Shown here: positions 37,533 to 44,959 of the stretch, one piece after another
How the letters are laid out: every line of letters starts with the position of its first letter
Numbering within the stretch: the first letter of the stretch is position 1
Assembly: GCA_028277945.1 (NCBI GenBank)
Contig: JANQFH010000008.1
Location: forward strand, 195,442 to 259,441
Direction of reading: 5' to 3'
Source of the DNA: Oligoflexia bacterium
GTDB lineage: Bacteria; Bdellovibrionota_G; JANQFH01
Length of the DNA: 64,000 nucleotides
The notes under the pieces: generated by a model
What the model saw: the letters and a program-made list of their open reading frames with translations, nothing else
The model's database searches: none
What the model was told of the DNA's origin: nothing
Position numbers and translations under genes: made by a program

Positions 37533-39042
37533 ATTGGTAGCGTTTTTCCGGGACTTTAATATGTTTGTGGTAAATTACCGGAGTATAAAGATGAAATAAT
37601 GGAACGATAAATGACTTTTCCTCAAACTCAATCATTAGATCAGTGTATTTTTCTAATCTCCGTATACGGTCAGATATGAAACTGATTTCATCAGCACCCT
37701 TTAAAAGCTTCGTTGTGGGGAAATTGCCAAATTGGATTGGATTTTTGGCTCGAAACAAGTCTAGGAAGCCATCTGGGTCTGGTATGACTCCAAAATAACC
37801 TACCATAATCAAATCGTAATCTTTGCTTTTTAGAAGAGGTATAACCTCTTCAATATTTTTGAACTCTATAATCGGGATCATACCTACGTTGGTCAACACT
37901 TCACTGATAGCCTTACCTACAGGTATGTTTAAATATTCTTTCCTCAAAACTATTCTAAGCTTTTTATGTTTTACTTTATTTTTCCAGAGCTTTTTGAAAC
38001 TGATCGGACTCATACGGCGAAAGTCACGTTCGTAGTATCTTCTTAGAAGAACGCCATGTGGTAAAAAATGCTTCTGATGGTCTATAAAGAAACCGGGTTT
38101 CTCTATCTGGGAAACTCGAGTTTTTATTAGCGCCGCAATATCTCTTCTAAAACTTTCATTACTTAGTGCTGGATTGTCAGTGTTTGTATATAGATGTAGG
38201 ATGCCCAGTCCTCCTAGACGGAGTAACTGATAATTATTTGGTAGTGTTCCCGGTTGTAATCCTGGATCAGCAAAGCCTAATGCGAAGTCAATCGAGTCAT
38301 TCCGTAATTGTGATAGTAGTTGATTTGCGCTTTCTACCCGTCGAAACGAAAGCCTGGATATATGGCTATCATTGGGAACGAACGGAACCATCTGCAGACG
38401 ATTTGGCAGTTGTACTGAGTCCAGAGAAAAAGAGCCAGACCCCACTACCTGAGAAGAACTACCAGAGGACTTTTTAGTTACACCGTAACCAGGTACTGCT
38501 AACAATTCTAACAGATACGGATACGGACGCTTGAGGCTTAGAATAATCGTGTGCTGATTCGGAGTGATAATTCCCGATGGTATTTGTCCATCTTTCAGGT
38601 TTTCGGCACCTACCACGATACGACCTAGATAGCTGGATATTTGCGTCATACTACCTTGCCATAAATGGCGTGACAGACTAAAGGCGATATCTTTACTCGT
38701 AATGAGCGCACCATCATGGAACCGAGCATGACGATCCAGATGAAAGCTATAACGTCTTCCATCTGAAGATATCTTCCAGCGCCTTGCAAGATCAGCTGTA
38801 ATACGATTTTCTTTGTCTAACTTTACTAGAGTGCGTAAGTATGGTCTAAGAAGGTCAGAATGTACGTAATGCCACGCATCTATTGGATCCAGAGAGCTGG
38901 GCAAAATAGGCAACGCTATCTCAAAGCTGTTGGTTGTCTTACGGTACTTCTGTTTAGATGATGCTGCATAAGTATGAAAGACAAATGAAAATAAAAGAAA
39001 GTGCAACAGGCACGCCTTCATCAAAATGTGAATGAGTTTCAC
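37483..39042 (-). CDS. periplasmic solute-binding protein, family 5 (cassette C)
   Basis: Signal peptide LLHFLLFSFVFHTYA. Signature region LARRWKISSDGRRYSFHLDRHARFHDGALITSKDIAFSLSR. The 3' end overlaps the HK ORF. Confidence 0.85.
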   Translation of the reverse strand: MKLIHILMKACLLHFLLFSFVFHTYAASSKQKYRKTTNSFEIALPILPSSLDPIDAWHYVHSDLLRPYLRTLVKLDKENRITADLARRWKISSDGRRYSFHLDRHARFHDGALITSKDIAFSLSRHLWQGSMTQISSYLGRIVVGAENLKDGQIPSGIITPNQHTIILSLKRPYPYLLELLAVPGYGVTKKSSGSSSQVVGSGSFSLDSVQLPNRLQMVPFVPNDSHISRLSFRRVESANQLLSQLRNDSIDFALGFADPGLQPGTLPNNYQLLRLGGLGILHLYTNTDNPALSNESFRRDIAALIKTRVSQIEKPGFFIDHQKHFLPHGVLLRRYYERDFRRMSPISFKKLWKNKVKHKKLRIVLRKEYLNIPVGKAISEVLTNVGMIPIIEFKNIEEVIPLLKSKDYDLIMVGYFGVIPDPDGFLDLFRAKNPIQFGNFPTTKLLKGADEISFISDRIRRLEKYTDLMIEFEEKSFIVPLFHLYTPVIYHKHIKVPEKRYQFDFPLYRLQWAKDNEI

Positions 39043-40130
39043 TGCGTACTCCGGTCACAGTAGATCTCAATATCATTCTGTTTTATCAGTATATGTTTTT
39101 GTGTATACGTTACTTCTACGCCTTTATGGTGTGCTTTGTAATCATATCTATAATGACCATCGAAATATCGGCATATTTGTAACGGCCCTGATTTTTTTAG
39201 TAGGTCTGTCACCCCCAATTGTAGAGGATTTTTATTTCCCGAACGTGATGACGAGGCCATCTCCTGAAACGGATGCAATTTTGAATCAATTCGCTTAGGT
39301 ACATTAGGATGAGCGTAATAAAATATTTCTCTGTCACCGCACTTCCTAAAGTAATAGGGAATGTCACCTCGTTCTAATTGTTCTAGCTCACTAGGTAGAA
39401 ATTCGTTCCCGTTTAAATTATTCGCCTTCTTTGTCAAGAAGGAATGATAATCTCTTGTAGACCGAGGAATGACCCGAATCGGATTTTGCATGAATCCATC
39501 AATGGAAGCAAAAAGATTCGCTGTGAGTTCTGTTACTGATGAGAGAAAGTTCAATGCGTCAAAAAAACCAAAGCAAATTGCAGCAACGCCACTGTGGGAT
39601 CTATCCAACTCTCGAAAGTTATTTAATAGGTGGGAGAGTCCTGAATCTTCAAATGTCAATGCAGGGGAAGGTATGAGTGCTGTTTCAGAGAGAAGTGTGT
39701 GATCTTCAAAGATACATTCTATATCGATAGGGCTGAATATGATACTGCCAGCAGAAGTCTTGCCAAGCAATACATTGGCACGGTGCAGATCTCCAATTCC
39801 GAACCAAGTAATAAGTGCGATGGTACGGCCAATATCTTCTAATACTTCTAAATCTAGATCTTTGGAAATGAGAGGTTTAAGTAGGAGTTCCTCTACTCTG
39901 CCAAAACATTTTTCACCAGGAGATGACATTTCGACATATAGTTTTGGTAAAGATCTTCCTGGGTATACAAATCCCCTTTTCTTAGCTTCAGATTCTAATA
40001 AAGATGTTAAGGGACTTAATCGAGATAAGAAGAGGTATTCCCAAAATACAGTTCTAGGCTTGCAAATCCTTTGGGTACCATCACGACAAACTCGCTGTCC
40101 AAAATTGTGAGGGTCGCCTAACGGTTGCAT
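39039..40130 (-). CDS. stand-alone kinase-like protein resembling the LanM N-terminal (DUF4135-type) domain
   Basis: WFGIGDLHRANVLLGKTSAGSIIFSPIDIECIF contains a D-x-H-x-x-N catalytic-loop pattern followed by (I)D.E. As I recall, this is how class II lanthipeptide synthetase kinase domains read. No LanC-like cyclase domain is attached. Overlaps the SBP start by 4 nt. Confidence 0.45.
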   Translation of the reverse strand: MQPLGDPHNFGQRVCRDGTQRICKPRTVFWEYLFLSRLSPLTSLLESEAKKRGFVYPGRSLPKLYVEMSSPGEKCFGRVEELLLKPLISKDLDLEVLEDIGRTIALITWFGIGDLHRANVLLGKTSAGSIIFSPIDIECIFEDHTLLSETALIPSPALTFEDSGLSHLLNNFRELDRSHSGVAAICFGFFDALNFLSSVTELTANLFASIDGFMQNPIRVIPRSTRDYHSFLTKKANNLNGNEFLPSELEQLERGDIPYYFRKCGDREIFYYAHPNVPKRIDSKLHPFQEMASSSRSGNKNPLQLGVTDLLKKSGPLQICRYFDGHYRYDYKAHHKGVEVTYTQKHILIKQNDIEIYCDRSTQ

Positions 40131-40174
40131 ATGCCTCCCATCAGTCTATGCGGGTAGAGAAAGGGGAGGCTTAC

Positions 40175-40258
40175 CTAGATCCCTACAGTCACGCCACGTA
40201 TTACGACAATCTTCTCCAATTTATCTAAATCTATGTATTCTCGTCTTCTTTTTTTCAT
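40175..40258 (-). CDS. candidate precursor/signal peptide, 27 aa (cassette C); not in ORF track
   Basis: Minus-strand ATG at 40258-40256. Translation checked codon by codon: MKKRRREYIDLDKLEKIVVIRGVTVGI*. RBS AGGAG at 40269-40265, 6 nt before the ATG. The stop is 44 nt upstream of the kinase-like gene. Confidence 0.45.
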   Translation of the reverse strand: MKKRRREYIDLDKLEKIVVIRGVTVGI

Positions 40259-40350
40259 GATTTACTCCTATTTAGGTTATATCCACCAATTTTTCAAGCT
40301 CTTATTTGATATCCTTAAAGCTTAGGATGCACCCTATCCTAATTTATTTC

Positions 40351-40367
40351 TGCAAGGAACGTGCTAA
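40351..40367 (-). promoter_or_regulatory. near-consensus sigma-54-like motif (AG instead of GG at -24) upstream of short ORF 40258
   Basis: Minus strand TAGCACgttccTTGCA versus consensus TGGCAC-N5-TTGCA. About 93 nt upstream of the ATG, similar to the cassette B spacing. The G-to-A change in the normally invariant GG lowers confidence. Confidence 0.3.
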
Positions 40368-40413
40368 CAAAAAAGTTAATGATTTTAAAAGATTGGGTTC
40401 TTCAGGAAAGAGT

Positions 40414-40434
40414 ATTGTTGGTTTTTGCAACAAT
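40414..40434. promoter_or_regulatory. 7-bp-arm palindrome, candidate activator/repressor site upstream of cassette C
   Basis: ATTGTTGgtttttgCAACAAT. It lies about 50-60 nt upstream (minus sense) of the sigma-54-like motif. A second palindrome, TTAGGATgcaccctATCCTAA, is at 40322-40342. Confidence 0.3.
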
Positions 40435-40904
40435 CTAGTGCATAAAACGACAAATTGTATCTCTTACGACCAAGGTTAATAAAAGTTAATAGTGATTGAA
40501 GGGGAGGATTAGTTGTGGAGTGTTAACCCTTGGATGATATTAGACGAATTTTGAAAATCGGTCTTAATCTATTGATAAAAAAGAAACTTTTTGGGAAATT
40601 GGGGTTGATTGCCGACTGACCCAACAAAATACTACAGAAGTCTTAATGTGACAGACGTAACACATGATTCATTTCAGATGCTTATGTTGTAGTGCAGAGT
40701 GTATAGAATTTTCTCAACAAGAAGGCATATATCCTGGGAAAGGCTGCTGGTTATGGGATGTGGCCTTGCCTACTGGTATGGCGACTTACAACACTTACTC
40801 TTTTGTTAATTTCCGTAGGACTAAGAGTGGTTGCGAGGCTGGTGTACAGCATTCTCCCTATTTCAGTGGAGGGCTTGTTTTCAGAGTTTAAACACCTAGT
40901 TCGC

Positions 40905-41050
40905 TATGAGGCTTTCCATAAACTGGTAGCCTTCGGCAATTGCAGCATCGGTAATTTGGTCCTTCAAACTGTCAACACTTCTCCGTCCCCAAGCACATGA
41001 AGTGTGTTGAACTTGAAATAGGTCTGCTACCTAAGCGAATGCTTTCCTAC
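40905..41050 (-). pseudogene. 3' remnant of a paralog of gene 44960..46414
   Basis: Minus-strand translation ..LFQVQHTSCAWGRRSVDSLKDQITDAAIAEGYQFMESLIAN* aligns with ..FLFSKSPECWAKNATGLKDQITDAAITEGRQFMESLIVN* of the 484-aa protein. An in-frame stop lies further upstream. Confidence 0.65.
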
Positions 41051-41116
41051 ATTCCTATTGAAGTAGTTGGGCATAAATTACGTTAGTGGTTTTAACAAAT
41101 ACTAGTTAAGGTCTTG

Positions 41117-42331
41117 ATGTTTAGATTCTATTTCAACTCTTTTCGAGGTTTACCCAGGGCGGGAGTGTTGCTTTCATTGGCTGCATTGATAAACCGTCTT
41201 GGAAGTGTGGTGTTGTTTTTCTTTGCGATCTATTTAACGAAAAATAATTGGAGCGTATTTGATATTGGGAAGGTTCTATCAGCCTATAGTTTTGGCTATG
41301 CAGGTGGGGCTTATCTTGGTGGTCGTCTTAGTGATCGTTATGATAGCCGTTTTATACTTATAATTACACTAATGGGTTCTGGCTTATGTTTCTTCGGACT
41401 TTCTATAGCGGATTCTTTTACACCTGTTATTCTTTTACTTTCTATGGCTGGCATTTTGGAAGGTGCCTTTAAACCAGCATACAATGTTACAATGACCCGA
41501 TGTTGTACCCAGGACGAGTGGTCACGTGCTTATGCACTGTATATGACCACGACTTATTTAGGAGGAGCTATAGCTTCAATGGCAGGTGGATTTTTGTCCA
41601 AATGGAACTTTAGCTACATTTTTTATTTTGATGGTGTAACGTGTATCATTGCAGCGGTTTTTGTGTGTATTGTTTTCGATCGGCTAACCCGTTCAGTGGA
41701 AGCAGAGAAAGAGCAAATCACCGATGAGTTCAGTCTATCTAAAAATACACCTCCATCTTCTCTAGTTATTTGGATAATTTTTGTATCCATGTTTTTTGTC
41801 TATCTTGTTGATCAACAGGAGTCTGGAAGCTATATGATTCATATTACAAAACAGTATGGTATTGATACTCACCAGGTAGGTATGTTGATTGCTTTTGGCT
41901 GTGTACTTATGGCACTGACCACTGTACCTTTGACTCAGTTTTTCAAACGCATTCCGGATTTTATCGCGATGACTTTAGGATCTTTGATTCTTTGCCTGTC
42001 CTTTGGTCTTTTGAATCAGGGTGATAGTTTTGCCTTTCTTTTCTTGTTGATGGCTATGTGGTCCTTGGGCAGCATCATATCATTTCCGACCGTAGTGAGC
42101 CTCATTGGTAAGTACTCAACAAAGGAAAGGGTTGGACATAACATGGGAATTTACCATTTCATCTCTGGCTTAAGCAGAATCGTCGCGCCCTCTCTTGGTA
42201 CCTATGTCTATCAAAACTTGGGTCCGAATATCTTGTGGAGTGCTTGCACTGCTATTGGTGTTTTCAGTGGTGTATCCTTCCTTCTCATTTATCGTTTTAG
42301 TTTAAGGTCAATTCACTCCAGAGAAGCATGA
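41117..42331 (+). CDS. MFS transporter (cassette E)
   Basis: ATG at 41117. MFS motif-A-like LGGRLSDRYDSRFILII. 12 hydrophobic helices. Its stop overlaps the next start (ATGA). Confidence 0.8.
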   Translation: MFRFYFNSFRGLPRAGVLLSLAALINRLGSVVLFFFAIYLTKNNWSVFDIGKVLSAYSFGYAGGAYLGGRLSDRYDSRFILIITLMGSGLCFFGLSIADSFTPVILLLSMAGILEGAFKPAYNVTMTRCCTQDEWSRAYALYMTTTYLGGAIASMAGGFLSKWNFSYIFYFDGVTCIIAAVFVCIVFDRLTRSVEAEKEQITDEFSLSKNTPPSSLVIWIIFVSMFFVYLVDQQESGSYMIHITKQYGIDTHQVGMLIAFGCVLMALTTVPLTQFFKRIPDFIAMTLGSLILCLSFGLLNQGDSFAFLFLLMAMWSLGSIISFPTVVSLIGKYSTKERVGHNMGIYHFISGLSRIVAPSLGTYVYQNLGPNILWSACTAIGVFSGVSFLLIYRFSLRSIHSREA

Positions 42332-43131
42332 AACTGATCGAAAGAGATGTAGCTTTAATCAACCATGAATATTACATCGATGGAATTGCTGGCAGTCAGT
42401 ATACATCGAGACAGGTGTTTACGTGCCGAGGTAAACTATTTGTTGTGATTGATGAATTGTGTGTCGATAAGTTACATGATATAGCGGTTAACTACGTTGG
42501 CCAATATAGTACTAAGAGTATAGTGTGTCTTTGCTCACATTTACGTGTTAGACAAATTAGTGAAATGTGGGAAAAGACAAGTTCAAAATTCTATTCGTGG
42601 TTTGGTTTTACGTTTGATCCGGCATTGTCCCGGTTCGACTTTGCTTACTCGAAAAGTGCACTAGAGGGATTCGACGTATCGGTCGGTATGCCAATTAGTA
42701 AGGTTGAAAAGGAAACACTGTTAAAATTGTGGCAAAAACACTATATTGAAAAGGTTCTCCTAGGTTATCCGGAGAAAATAAGGCATCGTTATCTTGAAGA
42801 ATTTCAACAAAGATTGGGTTCTGATAATGAAAATCGGCATACCATAGTTCGGCAGGATAGTGAGATTGTGGCCCATCAGATGCTACGAAGACTTTTTACG
42901 GAGCAAAGAAACTGTTGGGATAAAGAGTTGCACTTTTGGGTCGATGGACAGCTGAATAAGTCGATTCGACGAGAAATTCATCGACGGTTTTGGTATGAAG
43001 TACATGAGGCATCGAGAAAACATATGGTGCTTGGTGGTGTTGCGAGTAATAATATATCGAGTATCAAACATCTCATTAAAAATGGTGGCCGATTACTTTT
43101 TATTCAATACATAGGGTTATCGTCTTACTAG
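42328..43131 (+). CDS. cytoplasmic protein of unknown function, translationally coupled to the MFS gene (cassette E)
   Basis: ORF track. No signal peptide and no motif I can name with confidence. The C-terminal half is vaguely acyltransferase-like (..LGGVASNNISSIKHLIKNGGRL..). Confidence 0.55.
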   Translation: MKLIERDVALINHEYYIDGIAGSQYTSRQVFTCRGKLFVVIDELCVDKLHDIAVNYVGQYSTKSIVCLCSHLRVRQISEMWEKTSSKFYSWFGFTFDPALSRFDFAYSKSALEGFDVSVGMPISKVEKETLLKLWQKHYIEKVLLGYPEKIRHRYLEEFQQRLGSDNENRHTIVRQDSEIVAHQMLRRLFTEQRNCWDKELHFWVDGQLNKSIRREIHRRFWYEVHEASRKHMVLGGVASNNISSIKHLIKNGGRLLFIQYIGLSSY

Positions 43132-43254
43132 TGGTCTGACATATCTTGGTTGTCACCCTACAAACTACACATAGATTGTGTCAAAATTGAACAGTTTGTT
43201 TGAAATGGAGACAGTAACAAACCAAGTAAAAACTAACTGATTTTATGCCTGTGT

Positions 43255-43343
43255 AACCTTGACGGATTTAAGCGATCAGGGTAAGCATTTATAATTAGAC
43301 GAGATTATAAATGAGCTTAGAAAGGGAAGCGCAATGCGGAGTT
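43255..43343 (+). repeat. about 90-nt repeat, copy 1 (copy 2 at 47261..47352)
   Basis: The shared ends AACCTTGACGGATTTAA and GATTATAAAT.AGCTT.GAAAGG.AA..GCAATGCGGAGTT flank a diverged middle. The repeat includes the ATG (MRS..) of the SBP ORF. Confidence 0.6.
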
Positions 43344-44740
43344 CAAAAATTGGTATGACAAACGTTCCAAGTGACCTTGATCCATTGAAGGCACGATATG
43401 CTTACGACCTGATGATGAACGCATGCGTTTTTTCGCGACTTGTACAGCTTGATGGTAATGGTCAGGTGGTGTCAGAGCTTGCGTCCAGTTGGAAGGTTAG
43501 TGATGCAGGAGATGAGTATACCTTTACCTTGAATTCGGACGCGAGATTTCATGATGGGTCACCAGTAACAGCTCGAGATGTTGTCTATACCTTCGAAAGG
43601 ATCTTGAAGTCAGATCGGCCACCTGCTTCGATTCTTCGTCTAGCATTAGATCCTTCCTTTCGTTCGGATGAGGATTGTCCGGTAAAGGCAGTGAACGATC
43701 GTCAGGTCAAATTTCATTTACCTGGTGCGTACCCGCCATTTCTGTCTCTGCTTTGTAATCCTGTTTTTGGAATAGTTGCTCAGGATAGTGATGGTAAGAT
43801 TGGCTCTGGTCCAATGGTGCTGGAGGCTGACGAGCATAGTAAGACATTGAAGTTTAAACCCTTCCAGGAAGGCGCCGGTCTCGGCGAGTTTTATGTAAAG
43901 CAGATCTCCCGTGACAGCTTACCGGAAGTTATTGCCGAAGATGAACTAGATCTGATTTTTGGGCTCAATTCAATAGATTTTCAGAACGTAATCCGCATAG
44001 ACCCATACAAGGTCGTCAGAGGCCATGATTCGTTTGTCGCTCACTTTTTATGCAATACCAAAAGTCCAGTACTAGATTCTTTAGAGAGGCGACGTAATCT
44101 AAGCTATTTGATCAATTCGCTTTCAGATGAAGTGAGCAATTTAGCAGAATATCAAAAACCGCTGAAAAGTTTTCTACCAAGTGGGTTGTTGTCGCCATCT
44201 TATTACCAGAGAGCAACATCGCCTGTATCCGAGGATGCCTTTAGTGCAAAAAACAGCCAATTCAAAGCCCAACCGCTGCGTATCGTGGTTCAGAAAGGTA
44301 TTTTTTCTCAGAGTTATATGAGTGCGCTAGGTTCTCTAATAGAAAGGCTAGGTATGGTACCTGATATTCAACTAGTGGATTCAGACGCATTATGGAACCG
44401 CTATGCAAAGGATGATTATGATCTTATATCTTTTAGTTACAGTTTGGCGATTCCCGACGATCCAGATGGCTACCTATGGCCCTTCGACAATAAGGAGCTC
44501 GGCATTGATAATCGGTTTCCTATGAGCTCTTTTCTTCAGAAGATTGAAAAGGTCCGTTTTACGTCGAACCAGAAAGAGAGACTCGAGCTCTATGAACGTG
44601 AGTTCAAGCAGTTTGAACAGGAACATTACTTTATTCCAGTGCTTCAACATGACCATCTTATTGCTTTTAAAAACCGGAGCGAAATACCGACTTTAAAGCC
44701 TACATTCCTTTATCGATTGTCTGATTTTATCAGACCTTAG
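43334..44740 (+). CDS. family-5 solute-binding protein lacking a signal peptide (possibly truncated/inactive) (cassette E)
   Basis: It aligns with the cassette B SBP from ..LKIGVSILPQTLDPMK (here MRSSKIGMTNVPSDLDPLK) onward, so the leader peptide is missing. The new 5' end is supplied by the 90-nt repeat. The rest is intact (..ASSWKVSDAGDEYTFTLNSDARFHDGSPVTARDVVYTFER..). Confidence 0.75.
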   Translation: MRSSKIGMTNVPSDLDPLKARYAYDLMMNACVFSRLVQLDGNGQVVSELASSWKVSDAGDEYTFTLNSDARFHDGSPVTARDVVYTFERILKSDRPPASILRLALDPSFRSDEDCPVKAVNDRQVKFHLPGAYPPFLSLLCNPVFGIVAQDSDGKIGSGPMVLEADEHSKTLKFKPFQEGAGLGEFYVKQISRDSLPEVIAEDELDLIFGLNSIDFQNVIRIDPYKVVRGHDSFVAHFLCNTKSPVLDSLERRRNLSYLINSLSDEVSNLAEYQKPLKSFLPSGLLSPSYYQRATSPVSEDAFSAKNSQFKAQPLRIVVQKGIFSQSYMSALGSLIERLGMVPDIQLVDSDALWNRYAKDDYDLISFSYSLAIPDDPDGYLWPFDNKELGIDNRFPMSSFLQKIEKVRFTSNQKERLELYEREFKQFEQEHYFIPVLQHDHLIAFKNRSEIPTLKPTFLYRLSDFIRP

Positions 44741-44824
44741 CCTAGATCCGGACACAGACATATTTTTTAACGAATTTATTATGGTTCATTTCGTGTAATA
44801 GTGTGTTCGATCCGAGTGTGTACC

Positions 44825-44959
44825 CTAGGCTTTTTCAAGAATGAGTTTGGTTTTGAGCCGAAAGGGCTCTAGCAGTATATCCAGGGTACCCCGTTTCAGG
44901 CGGCGACGTCCTTTAAGAAAGGCGGAGATGTTTGCTGGCGTTGCATGGGCAAGTAAAGC
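44825..44959 (-). pseudogene. possible C-terminal remnant of an XRE-type HTH gene
   Basis: ALLAHATPANISAFLKGRRRLKRGTLDILLEPFRLKTKLILEKA* resembles the recognition-helix end of XRE antitoxins (..NIS.FL.G.R.L....L..LL..L.L). It has no start codon and begins right after the stop of 44960-46414. Confidence 0.3.

Noticed and set aside
40997-41086. 29-aa plus-strand ORF (MKCVELEIGLLPKRMLSYIPIEVVGHKLR) just upstream of the cassette E MFS gene, considered as a possible precursor
   Set aside because: It has no RBS. It lies inside the antisense remnant of the 484-aa gene paralog, so the open frame is explained by that remnant. It shares no compositional features with the three better candidates.
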